From contig JACPAY010000004.1 in NCBI GenBank assembly GCA_016180575.1, positions 58,883 through 122,882 of the forward strand: 64,000 nt of DNA, written 5' to 3'. A model generated the notes under the pieces. That model worked only from the letters and a program-made list of their open reading frames with translations, was not told the DNA's origin and did no database searches. Positions within the stretch are counted from its first letter, which is position 1; the number at the start of each line of letters is the position of its first letter. This document shows positions 52,636 to 61,437 of this stretch, piece after piece. The DNA is from Candidatus Omnitrophota bacterium (GTDB lineage Bacteria > Omnitrophota > Gorgyraeia > Aquiviventales > Aquiviventaceae). The translations under genes were made by a program, and so were the position numbers.

Positions 52636-53754
52636 ATGAGCTGGTGGCTGTTAGTGGTGGTGGCGTTTCTCGCCTACGCCAACGGGGCCAACGACAACTT
52701 CAAAGGCGTCGCGACCCTCTTTGGCAGCCGCACGGCCGACTATCGAAAAGCCCTCTGGTGGGCGACGGGGACGACACTCGCGGGCTCCTGGGCGGCCGCG
52801 CTCCTTTCGGGTGGCCTCGTGCGCACGTTCAGCGGCAAGGGGCTGGTGCCGGATGTCCTCACAACGCAGCCAGCTTTTCTGCTCGCCGTGGGGCTGGGCG
52901 CTGCGTCGACCGTGCTCATGGCGACCGCGACGGGATTGCCCATCTCCACCACTCACGCCATGACCGGGGCGCTGGTGGGCGCGGGGCTTGTGTCAGCGGG
53001 CACTGTGCATTACACCCGGTTGGGTCAGATGGTCTTCCTCCCGCTCGCCATCAGTCCCTTTGTGAGCTTCGCTCTCACCGCCCTCCTGTACCCCACCCTC
53101 CGGGGGCTCCGCGTTCGCCTCGGCGTAGAACGGGAGATGTGCCTCTGTGTGGACGGAGGCGCCGTACAGCCCGTTGCGCTGCAGCCTAACGGCTCCGCGG
53201 TGCTGCGCGCCACCGGCACGGTCCTGACGGTGGGCCAACTGAGCCAGTGCGTTCAACGGTATCACGGTCGAGTCTTCGGCATCGATTGCCAGTGGATGCT
53301 TGACCGGCTGCACTACATCTCCGCTGGGGCCGTCAGCTTCGCGCGAGGCTTGAACGACACCCCCAAGATCGTCGCCTTGCTGGTGGCCGCGAGGGGGTTG
53401 GGACTCTCCCTCTCAGCCGGCCTGGCCATGGTGGGCGCAGGCATGGCGATCGGAGGGCTCCTGAACGCTCGCAAGGTGGCGATGACCATGAGCGAGCGCA
53501 TCACCACGATGAACCACGGCCAAGGTTTCACGGCGAATCTGGTGACCGCGGTGCTGGTCATGTTCGCCTCGCGGTGGGGGCTGCCGGTGTCGACGACGCA
53601 TGTGTCCTGCGGCAGCCTCTTCGGCTTGGGCACGGTGAACCAATCGGCCCAATGGGGCGTCATTCGAACCATCGTGCTCTCGTGGATGGTGACGTTGCCC
53701 CTCGGCGCGCTTCTGGCTGCTGGCCTATACGGCACGTTCCAGTTCTTGCGCTAG
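52636..53754 (+). CDS. inorganic phosphate transporter, PiT family (second copy in the window)
   Basis: YANGANDNFKGVATLFGS and ARGLNDTPKIVALL are present, and the protein is polytopic. GTG 52615 is an alternative start. Confidence 0.85.
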   Translation: MSWWLLVVVAFLAYANGANDNFKGVATLFGSRTADYRKALWWATGTTLAGSWAAALLSGGLVRTFSGKGLVPDVLTTQPAFLLAVGLGAASTVLMATATGLPISTTHAMTGALVGAGLVSAGTVHYTRLGQMVFLPLAISPFVSFALTALLYPTLRGLRVRLGVEREMCLCVDGGAVQPVALQPNGSAVLRATGTVLTVGQLSQCVQRYHGRVFGIDCQWMLDRLHYISAGAVSFARGLNDTPKIVALLVAARGLGLSLSAGLAMVGAGMAIGGLLNARKVAMTMSERITTMNHGQGFTANLVTAVLVMFASRWGLPVSTTHVSCGSLFGLGTVNQSAQWGVIRTIVLSWMVTLPLGALLAAGLYGTFQFLR

Positions 53755-53845
53755 CCATCCACAGCAGATACTGCTGGCCGGATGCTAGCCGGCACCCCAA
53801 CGTCGCCCCGTTTGCGGTACAATACAGCCTCAGCAGTAGGGCTGT

Positions 53846-55276
53846 TTGGCGGAAAGGCTCCTAGCGGGGTCACGGCTCCGCGCAGCCAGTTCCTCGCTTC
53901 GAAATCCCAGCTGTCCGCCATGGCGGCTTTCGGGCTATAATAACATCGTGAAGTCCCCGACGTTATCGCTCAAGGCGAAAGTGCTGGCCGGGGCCATCGG
54001 CCTCGGGCTGCTCATCGTGGCAATTGGTCTGCTGGCGGTGCAGATGAGCCACGCGGTGGCCCGATCCTCCCAGGCAATCCTCACCGAGAATGTCTCGAGC
54101 CTCAAAGCGGCAGAAGAACTTGAGATCGCGCTGTTGGACCAGAAGGGCCTCGTCAGCAGCTATCTGGTGAACGGCGACGCGCAATGGCTGCAGCTCCTGG
54201 AAGAGAAGCGGGCGAAATTCGAGGAGTGGTTCACCCGTGCGAAACAGGCCGCCTTGACGGAGCACGAGCAGCGGATCCTGGATCGGATCCGCGCGCTCTA
54301 TCAGGAGTACGACCGCCTGCGGTATCAGGTGATTCGGCTCGCTCAGAACGGCCAACTGCATGCGGCCGAGCAGCTCCTGTTCCAACGCGGCCGCGAGCTG
54401 GCGGATGGGCTCTACGAGGCCTGCGAGGAATTGCTCTTCTTCAACGAGCAACTGATCGCCGAGTCGCAGCAGGCCAGCCGGCGCAAATTCGCTTGGTTCC
54501 ATGCCATCCTGTGGGGCGGCATCGCCACCGCGATTCTCCTGGGGTTGCTGGGCGGCTGGCTGGTCGCCCGGAGCATGACGCGGCGCCTGGTGCAGTCTGA
54601 AAAGCTGGCCTCGCTGGGGCACATGGCAGGCCTGGTCGCCCATGAGGTGCGCAATCCTCTGACCGCCATCAAAATGCGCATCCATGCGTTGCAGGACGAG
54701 CTCGACGCGTCAGAGACCAGCCAGGATCATGTGGCCGTCATCCGGCAGGAAATCGAGCGGCTCGAGCGCATGGTTCAGAACTTCCTGGACCTCGCGCGGC
54801 TGCCGGAGCCGTGCCTCAGGCCGCTTGCCGTCAGCGACGTCATCACGCGGGCGGTTGGGGTCCTGAAACCTACGCTGGACCATCAATCGATTCAAGTAGT
54901 CACTCACGTGCCTGAGGGTCTGCCATTCGTGCAAGGCGACGCCGAGCAGCTGGAGCAGGTGCTGCTGAATCTCCTCCTCAACGCCGTGCAGGCCATGCCG
55001 GAGGGTGGGGTGATCGATATTGGGACTTCTTGGGCGGAGGGGCTGCTCGAAGTGTCCGTGAGCGACACCGGCCCCGGTGTCCCGAAGGCGTCGCGGGCGA
55101 ATCTCTTCGAGCCCTTCTTCACAACGAAGGCCAACGGCATCGGGCTTGGGCTCTCGCTGGCCAAGAAGGTGGTGGAGCAGCATCGAGGCAGCATTGCGCT
55201 GAAGGATCGTCCCGGAGCGGGCACGACGGTGGCGATTCGGCTGCCGGCGCTTCAGCCTGTTAGAGCGCTCGCATGA
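53846..55276 (+). CDS. sensor histidine kinase
   Basis: Shows a TM segment, the H-box LVAHEVRNPLTAI, and N/G boxes (LLLNAVQAM, DTGPGV, GIGLGLS). The start is uncertain (TTG 53846 or GTG 53948). Confidence 0.85.
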   Translation: MAERLLAGSRLRAASSSLRNPSCPPWRLSGYNNIVKSPTLSLKAKVLAGAIGLGLLIVAIGLLAVQMSHAVARSSQAILTENVSSLKAAEELEIALLDQKGLVSSYLVNGDAQWLQLLEEKRAKFEEWFTRAKQAALTEHEQRILDRIRALYQEYDRLRYQVIRLAQNGQLHAAEQLLFQRGRELADGLYEACEELLFFNEQLIAESQQASRRKFAWFHAILWGGIATAILLGLLGGWLVARSMTRRLVQSEKLASLGHMAGLVAHEVRNPLTAIKMRIHALQDELDASETSQDHVAVIRQEIERLERMVQNFLDLARLPEPCLRPLAVSDVITRAVGVLKPTLDHQSIQVVTHVPEGLPFVQGDAEQLEQVLLNLLLNAVQAMPEGGVIDIGTSWAEGLLEVSVSDTGPGVPKASRANLFEPFFTTKANGIGLGLSLAKKVVEQHRGSIALKDRPGAGTTVAIRLPALQPVRALA

Positions 55277-56733
55277 GCCGCATCCTTGTCGTGGATGATG
55301 AGCGCAACGTCCTGACCTCGTTCCAGCATCTGCTCGGCAAGCGGGGGCATGAGGTCCTCACCGCCAAGAGCGGGGAGCAGGCGCTCTCCTTGCTGGGATC
55401 GCTGTCGCCTGATCTCATCCTCATGGATATCCGCATGGCCGGGCTCTCCGGCCTGGACACCTTCCGGCAAGCGAAGGCCATCGTCCCGAAGGTCCCCGTG
55501 ATCATGATGACCGCCTATGGCACAACCGACACCGCCATCGAGGCGATGAAGCTCGGGGCGTTTGAGTACACCCTGAAGCCCTTCGATATCCCCAAGCTGA
55601 CGGCGCTGATTGAGCGGGCGCTGACCATGGGGCGGCTCATGCGCACGCCCATCACCTTCGGCGCCTCTGACACGGATGCTCGCGCGCAGCGGATCATCGG
55701 GACGTCCCCCAAGATGATCGACGTGTACAAGCTCATCGGACAGGTGGCGCCCTCCAACGTCACCGTGCTGATCCGAGGGGAGAGCGGCACCGGCAAGGAG
55801 CTGGTGGCCAGAGCCATCTACCACCACGGCCAGAGGGCGGATCGGCCGTTCATCGCGGTCAACTGCGCGGCCATCCCCGAGACGCTGCTGGAGAGCGAGC
55901 TGTTCGGGTATGAGAAAGGCGCCTTCACAGGGGCAGCGGCCCGCAAGCCGGGCAAGTTTGAGCAGGCCAGCGGCGGCACGATTCTCTTGGATGAAGTGGG
56001 GGACATGAGCCCCTCCACCCAGGCCAAGGTCTTGCGAGTGCTCCAAGAGGGTGCCTGCGAGCGCCTTGGAGGCCAGGAGATGATCCGGGTGGATGTGCGG
56101 CTGCTGGCAGCCACCAATCAGGACCTGGAAGCCCTGATCCGCAATCGGCAGTTTCGAGAGGACCTCTACTATCGGCTCAATGTCGTGACGATCACCGTGC
56201 CGCCGCTGCGGGAGCGCAAAGAGGATATCCCACTGCTGGCCGCGTACTTCCTGAGGCGGTACAGCCGGGAGCTGCAGAAAGGCGGCATGCGGTTGTCCTC
56301 GGAGGCGCTGGAGCAGTTGAGCGCCTACGGGTGGCCGGGCAATGTCCGCGAGCTGGAGAACTGCGTCAAGCAGGCGATGGTGCTGAGCCAGGGCGATGTG
56401 CTGATGCCGGAGCACCTGCGTCTTGGGCAGGGCTCGGCGGTTCAGGTTCGATCGGCTCCGGAGGGCTTGAGTGCCCTGCGCGAGTTGGCGCGTCAGCATC
56501 TCGAGCAGGCGCCGGGCAGCGCCCACCAGCAACTCATCGAGCAGGTCGAGGCGCAGCTGATCCTCGAAGCGCTCACGCAGACCCAGGGGAATCTCGCCCA
56601 GGCGGCGAAGCTGCTGGGCATCACCCGGCCGACGCTCCGCGGGAAAATCTCCAAGTACCGGATCCAGCGCCGCGTGCAGCTCGATCAGCCGGAGGACGAG
56701 GGCAACGCGCTTTCCTCACCGGCAAGCCGTTAA
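55273..56733 (+). CDS. sigma-54-dependent response regulator (NtrC family)
   Basis: Shows a receiver domain (ILVVDDE...DLILMDIRM), an AAA+ domain (GESGTGKELVARAIH) with the GAFTGA motif (EKGAFTGA), and a C-terminal Fis-type HTH. Confidence 0.92.
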   Translation: MSRILVVDDERNVLTSFQHLLGKRGHEVLTAKSGEQALSLLGSLSPDLILMDIRMAGLSGLDTFRQAKAIVPKVPVIMMTAYGTTDTAIEAMKLGAFEYTLKPFDIPKLTALIERALTMGRLMRTPITFGASDTDARAQRIIGTSPKMIDVYKLIGQVAPSNVTVLIRGESGTGKELVARAIYHHGQRADRPFIAVNCAAIPETLLESELFGYEKGAFTGAAARKPGKFEQASGGTILLDEVGDMSPSTQAKVLRVLQEGACERLGGQEMIRVDVRLLAATNQDLEALIRNRQFREDLYYRLNVVTITVPPLRERKEDIPLLAAYFLRRYSRELQKGGMRLSSEALEQLSAYGWPGNVRELENCVKQAMVLSQGDVLMPEHLRLGQGSAVQVRSAPEGLSALRELARQHLEQAPGSAHQQLIEQVEAQLILEALTQTQGNLAQAAKLLGITRPTLRGKISKYRIQRRVQLDQPEDEGNALSSPASR

Positions 56734-56791
56734 CCACTCAAGATCACTCATGAGCTAAGCATCTCCTGTGGGGTGCTGCCCGTAACATGGC

Positions 56792-56820
56792 CTCGTAACG
56801 TGCGTTACGAGATTTTTTTA
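56792..56820 (+). terminator. Rho-independent terminator after the NtrC-type gene
   Basis: CTCGTAACG-tg-CGTTACGAG is a perfect 9-bp stem. A and then T7 (56813-56819) follow. Confidence 0.7.
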
Positions 56821-56834
56821 TTCCTGGGGGGCAT

Positions 56835-56849
56835 TGGCACAGTTTATGC
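56835..56849 (+). promoter_or_regulatory. sigma-54 promoter candidate TGGCAC-N5-ATGC
   Basis: The GG (56836-56837) and GC (56848-56849) are spaced as -24/-12 elements. The site is 44 nt upstream of the amidase ATG and directly downstream of the NtrC-type activator gene. Confidence 0.55.
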
Positions 56850-56892
56850 GGTTTATCTTGAACGGGAGCATGCCATCCAACCGATCGGTGTG

Positions 56893-57600
56893 ATGAGGAA
56901 CGTGCAATGGGGCGCTCTGGCCCTCGTGTTGGTCGTTGCCGGCTGCGCCACACCGGAGGTCTATGCGCCGCCTCGCATGCCGCCTGCGCGTGTACCGGCC
57001 AGGCCCGCCGGCTGGGATGTGGTTCTTGACCCTGGCCATGGCGGCCAGCAGTTCGGCGCACGGGGCAGGCGCGGCACCGCGGAGAAATCGGTCACGCTGG
57101 ATATCGCCCACCGCCTCAAACGGTACTTAGAGCAAGCGGGCTTGCGCGTGATGCTGACACGAACCGGAGATCAGACCGTCCCGCTGGCTCAGCGAAGCGA
57201 GATCGGAAAACGCTCAGGCGCGTGGGCCTTCCTGAGCATCCACGCCAACGCCGCAAAGAACGCCGCTGCCTCAGGTTTTGAAGTGTACTACCTGCCTGAT
57301 GCCGCGCAGTATGGCCGAGGCGTCGCATACGCCAGCACCCGCTCACTGCCCGATGCGAGCTATCGGCTGGCACGGCTCATCCAGCGCGAGTTTCGGCGGG
57401 ACTGGCCGCTCCAGGATCGTGGCATCAAACAGGCGCGGTTTCATGTGTTGAAGCATACGCTCATCCCAGCGGTCCTGGTGGAGACCGGCTTTTTGACCAA
57501 CTCGAGGGATGAGTTGCTGCTCAACGACTCTGCGGCGCGTGAGGAGATTGCGCGGCGCCTTGCCAACGCCCTGCTCGCGTTCCGCCGGCAAGGCGCGTAG
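56893..57600 (+). CDS. N-acetylmuramoyl-L-alanine amidase (Amidase_3), lipoprotein
   Basis: The lipobox is LVVAGC. LDPGHGG...AEKSVTLDIAHRL...FLSIHANA...GFEVYY is Amidase_3-like. Confidence 0.85.
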   Translation: MRNVQWGALALVLVVAGCATPEVYAPPRMPPARVPARPAGWDVVLDPGHGGQQFGARGRRGTAEKSVTLDIAHRLKRYLEQAGLRVMLTRTGDQTVPLAQRSEIGKRSGAWAFLSIHANAAKNAAASGFEVYYLPDAAQYGRGVAYASTRSLPDASYRLARLIQREFRRDWPLQDRGIKQARFHVLKHTLIPAVLVETGFLTNSRDELLLNDSAAREEIARRLANALLAFRRQGA

Positions 57601-57606
57601 TCGTCA

Positions 57607-58275
57607 ATGATGAAGCGGCTGCTGATCATGCTCGGCATCGGGGCCGTGGTCCTGTGGCTGGTGGGACCGCTTCACGAAGGCATCGGCCAGTTCGTTCAAC
57701 AGACCATGAACGCTTCACCAGAACGACCGGCATCGAAGCCGTCGTTCCCTCCACCGGTGGCCGACGTCCAGCGTGCGTTACAAGCAGCCGGATTTGATCC
57801 AGGGCTAGTTGATGGCCGGACGGGGCGCCGGACGCGAAGCGCGCTCCAGGCGTTCCAGTCCGCCAAGGATCTAAAGCCGACGGGCGAGGTCAACGCCCAA
57901 ACATGGGATGTCCTCCAGGTCCGTCAGGAGCGGGAATCCGAGGCTGCTGAAATCACCAAAGCGGCTGAGTCGGATGAGGCGCTCCCTTCAGCGGGTCAGA
58001 AGCAGGAGGTGCGTTCCGCGATCCTCGAATCCCGCCTGCGCTCACCGGAACGGATCAAGAAAGTCCAGTTCGCCCTGAAACAGGCTGGCTTCGACCCCGG
58101 GCCGATTGACGGCGAGCTCGGTCCCCGGACCGACCAGGCATTGCGATCGTTTCAGCGAGCCACCGGCCTGGAACCGGACGGGATCGTCGGAGTGAAAACG
58201 TGGGCCGCGCTCAGCGATGTACTGACATCGGTGACAGAACAAGGTCGAATTGGCACGCTGGCAGGCAGAGATTAA
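57607..58275 (+). CDS. protein with two PG_binding_1 peptidoglycan-binding domains
   Basis: There are two repeats of the type VQRALQAAGFDPGLVDGRTGRRTRSALQAFQ... Confidence 0.75.
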   Translation: MMKRLLIMLGIGAVVLWLVGPLHEGIGQFVQQTMNASPERPASKPSFPPPVADVQRALQAAGFDPGLVDGRTGRRTRSALQAFQSAKDLKPTGEVNAQTWDVLQVRQERESEAAEITKAAESDEALPSAGQKQEVRSAILESRLRSPERIKKVQFALKQAGFDPGPIDGELGPRTDQALRSFQRATGLEPDGIVGVKTWAALSDVLTSVTEQGRIGTLAGRD

Positions 58276-58284
58276 AGCGGAGGA

Positions 58285-58686
58285 GTGATGCAGAGACGGT
58301 TTATGGTGGTGATCGGGATCCTGGTTGCCGGCGCCTTGAGCTTGACTGGACTGGCTTTAACGATGGGCAAGCACCCGCTGGTGACCCTCAAGGCAAGCGG
58401 CAAGGTGACGGCTGCAAAGGTCAAAGACGGGGCGAACATGGCGATGACCGTGAGAACCGACCAGGGCAGAGACCTGATATTCCAGCTCGGCCGCAAGACC
58501 AGCGTCAAAAAAGGCACGAAGCCAGCGATCATGAGCAGGGATATCAAAGTCGGTAACCGGATCAATGTTGAGTATGAAGCGAAAGGGAAACAGAACATCG
58601 CCAAACTGGTGACGGTGGAGGTGCCTCGGGCCAGCAAGCCCGCGGCCAAGCCTAAGACGACCTCCACCAAGAAGGCGAGGCGATAG
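58285..58686 (+). CDS. hypothetical membrane-anchored protein with a Lys-rich tail
   Basis: It has an N-terminal TM segment and sits in the operon with short intergenic gaps. No family was recognised. Confidence 0.5.
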   Translation: MMQRRFMVVIGILVAGALSLTGLALTMGKHPLVTLKASGKVTAAKVKDGANMAMTVRTDQGRDLIFQLGRKTSVKKGTKPAIMSRDIKVGNRINVEYEAKGKQNIAKLVTVEVPRASKPAAKPKTTSTKKARR

Positions 58687-58698
58687 ACGAAGAATCTG

Positions 58699-59334
58699 AT
58701 GAGCCCGTTGAGGTGGTCCTTGGTTGTCGGCCTTGCGGGGATTGTCGGGTGCAGCACCAGCGCGGGCACGAGGCGATCAGGCCCAGCACCCTTTTCTGGT
58801 GAAGCGGCCCCGACCGTCTTGGTCAAGCCCGTGATGGCGGATCTCCCGATCGGCCAGCCCAGCCACCTAAGCTCGGAAGAATGGACCCAGTTCCTGGTTC
58901 ATCAGCTCCGGTCGAAAGGCGTTCGCGCCGTCACATCAGACACGAGCGCCGGACCCATCGATTACGTACTCGCATGCACCGTCCGCCACTTGGGATACAC
59001 GATCCGGCGGCGCTATCCCAGACAGGTCAAGCAGGAAGCCGCGCTGAGCTGCTCGATCATCGACCCCCCCACTCAGGTTGTGCGCTGGCAGCGCGATCTC
59101 GAACGCCGCAATGAGGTGACCATCCTACTCAATACGATGACGAAACTGCCGCCGAGGCACGAGGCCGAGCTCCTGCGGGAATGCGTGCTGCCGGTCTGGG
59201 ACGGCATGGCCTACAGCGTGCGGCTCTTCCTGGATCGCCCCCCGATGCCTGCGAGGGCGGAGCCGATGCCAGCGATGGCGGCGCTCCAAGGACGTCCTGT
59301 CAACAGCCGAGATGACTACGGGTGGCTGAAGTGA
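58699..59334 (+). CDS. hypothetical lipoprotein
   Basis: The lipobox is LAGIVGCS. No family was recognised. Confidence 0.5.
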   Translation: MSPLRWSLVVGLAGIVGCSTSAGTRRSGPAPFSGEAAPTVLVKPVMADLPIGQPSHLSSEEWTQFLVHQLRSKGVRAVTSDTSAGPIDYVLACTVRHLGYTIRRRYPRQVKQEAALSCSIIDPPTQVVRWQRDLERRNEVTILLNTMTKLPPRHEAELLRECVLPVWDGMAYSVRLFLDRPPMPARAEPMPAMAALQGRPVNSRDDYGWLK

Positions 59335-59356
59335 ACCGCGAAGGAGGTGAGAGGAG

Positions 59357-59803
59357 ATGAACGGACAGCGCGTGGGGTTGCTGGGTCTGATGGCGGTGAT
59401 GCTCGCCGGATGCGCGAGCCAGCGGGCAGCACAGACGCAGAATCTGCATATGCAGATGGCCCAGCTCGATGGCCGCGTCAGCATACTGGAGAACCACCTG
59501 GGGCTCATCGAGGACAAGGCCTGGAACCAGCGGGAGGACGTCTCCTACCTCCGGGGCCGGGTGGAAGGCATGCAGTCGAACTTTGGCGCTTCGGCCAGCG
59601 CCACAACCACGAAGCCGACGCCCAGGCGGATCCAGACGGCATTGAAGAACGCCGGGTACTACACGGGGAACGTAGACGGGAAGGTGGGTCCACAGACCAA
59701 GCAAGCCATCAAAGAGTTCCAGCGTACGCACAGGCTCGCCGTCGATGGGAAAGTCGGGTCGAAGACCTGGACACAGCTTGCGCAGTATTTGTCAGCTGAG
59801 TGA
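59357..59803 (+). CDS. lipoprotein: coiled-coil segment plus C-terminal PG_binding_1 domain
   Basis: The lipobox is VMLAGCAS. A heptad-like segment (QMAQLDGRVSILENHLGLIE) is followed by IQTALKNAGYYTGNVDGKVGPQTKQAIKEFQ. Confidence 0.7.
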   Translation: MNGQRVGLLGLMAVMLAGCASQRAAQTQNLHMQMAQLDGRVSILENHLGLIEDKAWNQREDVSYLRGRVEGMQSNFGASASATTTKPTPRRIQTALKNAGYYTGNVDGKVGPQTKQAIKEFQRTHRLAVDGKVGSKTWTQLAQYLSAE

Positions 59804-59824
59804 ACGCCTCTGGAGAAGAAGACG

Positions 59825-60256
59825 ATGCGGATCGACGGCCTCCTGACGTTGGCAATCGGGTCGGCCCTCCTCAGCGGATGCGCGGGTTCCCGCTATGCGC
59901 GGGAGGTCGCGCGGCTCAAGTCCGATGTGGGGCTCCTCGACCAGCGAGTGAATCAGCTAGAGCAGGCCGGCCTTCGCACGCCGCAAAGCTGGTCAGGCGA
60001 GTCGTGGAGGCAGCCGTCAGACCCAACAGGTCGAACGCCGGCCAGAGCTTCAACGGGGTTGGCCCAACCCTCCACGAGACATGTTCAGCGAGCCCTGAAG
60101 AACGCCGGCTTCGACCCAGGCCCCGTTGATGGTAAGCTCGGGCCTCGAACCCGCCGGTCCATCCGGGACTTCCAGAGCGCCAACGGGCTGCAGGCGGATG
60201 GGATTGTCGGCAAGCGGACGTGGGCGAAGCTGGCCCCATACTTGCCAGGCGAGTGA
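59825..60256 (+). CDS. paralogous lipoprotein: coiled-coil plus PG_binding_1
   Basis: The lipobox is ALLSGCAG. LKSDVGLLDQRVNQLEQ is followed by VQRALKNAGFDPGPVDGKLGPRTRRSIRDFQ. Confidence 0.7.
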   Translation: MRIDGLLTLAIGSALLSGCAGSRYAREVARLKSDVGLLDQRVNQLEQAGLRTPQSWSGESWRQPSDPTGRTPARASTGLAQPSTRHVQRALKNAGFDPGPVDGKLGPRTRRSIRDFQSANGLQADGIVGKRTWAKLAPYLPGE

Positions 60257-60314
60257 AGACGGCGACGCGAGGAGCGATGGACCCACTGTAAATGATACGG
60301 TCAAATAGCTGCTG

Positions 60315-61277
60315 ATGGGAACCGGGCCTCATCAGGACTCGCCTCCATCGCATGTTTCCATTTTGCGCAGTCCTTGCTGGTTGCTGGCGGCAACCTTGAG
60401 CTTCGCGTGGCCGTGTCTGGCCACGGCTGGCGACGGGTCGACGGCGGAGCGAGAGGTTGTGTGGTTTGCCCTCCAAGAGAGCCAAGTGCAGGCCCTCGGA
60501 CGAATGCGCCTGGATTGGAACTATACTTTCCTGCGCGGGAACCGGTACGATCAGGTGTTCAACGCGGACCAGAGCCTGATCGGCACACGGCGCCACCGCC
60601 GCAAGACGCACCTCGCTGAATGGCGGCTGCGCTATGGCCTAAGGGAGCGTCTCGAGGCAGGCGCGGAGATCATGTATCAGGCCTACCGTCAGCATACGCA
60701 CAGCGATGGCGACGAGCATGACCGCAATGACGACGGGGATTTCGAGCGGTACTTCGCGGGGCTGTCGTATCAGGCGTTACGGGAATCGGCCACGCGGCCG
60801 GCCGTGCGGCTTCGCGGCGGGGTGCGGTTTCCGAATCGCGCGGAGAATGAAGGGATCGGGCAGGAGCTCGGCCTCGAGGCGCTTGCCGCATTGGGCAAGC
60901 GCCTCGGGGAAGTGCGGGCGGGAGCCATGGCCGGGTTTTCGGTGACATTCGACAACCATGACCAGCCAGCTGATCCAATTTTCAGTGCCACGCCATACAG
61001 CAAAGGGCACGACCTGCGGGCGCTGACATACGGCATTGGGATGGCGTATCCCGCCAGTGCACGCTGGCAGGTCAATCTAGAGCTGGCTGGCCGCATCGCT
61101 GACACCATCCGCTTGAACCGTCGGATCCATCAGAGTCAGCTCACCGCGACGCCAGGGGTCATCTGGACTACGGACCCTGGAAGGCGGGATGTGTGGGTTG
61201 GGTTGGGCCTTCCCGTCGGATTAACCAACGAGACGGACCACATCGGTGTCGCTGTGCGCGTGGGAATGCGTTTGTGA
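60315..61277 (+). CDS. hypothetical exported protein (possible outer-membrane beta-barrel)
   Basis: Alternating-polarity segments are present. An in-frame TTG at 60363 would give the signal peptide MRSPCWLLAATLSFAWPCLATA. The family was not recognised. Confidence 0.45.
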   Translation: MGTGPHQDSPPSHVSILRSPCWLLAATLSFAWPCLATAGDGSTAEREVVWFALQESQVQALGRMRLDWNYTFLRGNRYDQVFNADQSLIGTRRHRRKTHLAEWRLRYGLRERLEAGAEIMYQAYRQHTHSDGDEHDRNDDGDFERYFAGLSYQALRESATRPAVRLRGGVRFPNRAENEGIGQELGLEALAALGKRLGEVRAGAMAGFSVTFDNHDQPADPIFSATPYSKGHDLRALTYGIGMAYPASARWQVNLELAGRIADTIRLNRRIHQSQLTATPGVIWTTDPGRRDVWVGLGLPVGLTNETDHIGVAVRVGMRL

Positions 61278-61286
61278 ACTTGCGCT

Positions 61287-61316
61287 TGACCCTCCCATAG
61301 CGTTCCCGGTAGAATG
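61287..61316 (+). promoter_or_regulatory. putative promoter TTGACC-18-TAGAAT
   Basis: The hexamers are at 61287-61292 and 61311-61316. They precede a 115-nt region containing two hairpins, then hflK. Confidence 0.45.
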
Positions 61317-61384
61317 ACGTGACAATTCATTGTGCCATCGAAGGGTCCGGGCGTTCCGCCCGGAGGGTTTTCCTAGTGGTCGGG

Positions 61385-61423
61385 CCGCCATCTAGCAGTG
61401 CTGCTAGATGGCGGTTGTTCTTT
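61385..61423 (+). terminator. perfect 14-bp hairpin followed by a T-rich tract
   Basis: CCGCCATCTAGCAG-tg-CTGCTAGATGGCGG is followed by TTGTTCTTT. It lies between the 61287 promoter and the hflK RBS. Confidence 0.55.
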
Positions 61424-61437
61424 CAAGGAGGTGCGGC

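Noticed and set aside
56792-56811. The CTCGTAACG-tg-CGTTACGAG palindrome as the enhancer (UAS) for the NtrC-type activator.
   Set aside because: It lies only about 25-45 bp upstream of the -24 element, closer than typical enhancer sites. It is followed by a T7 run, which fits an intrinsic terminator better. A dual role is not excluded.
61365-61392. attR-like repeat of the tRNA-Gln 3' end at the right edge of the lower-GC block (TTTTCCTAGTGGTCGGGCCGCCA versus AATCCTAGTCCGCCAGCCA).
   Set aside because: Only two short blocks match (TCCTAGT and CCGCCA), separated by a 7-nt insertion. There is no integrase gene in the block. This is not enough to call an att site.
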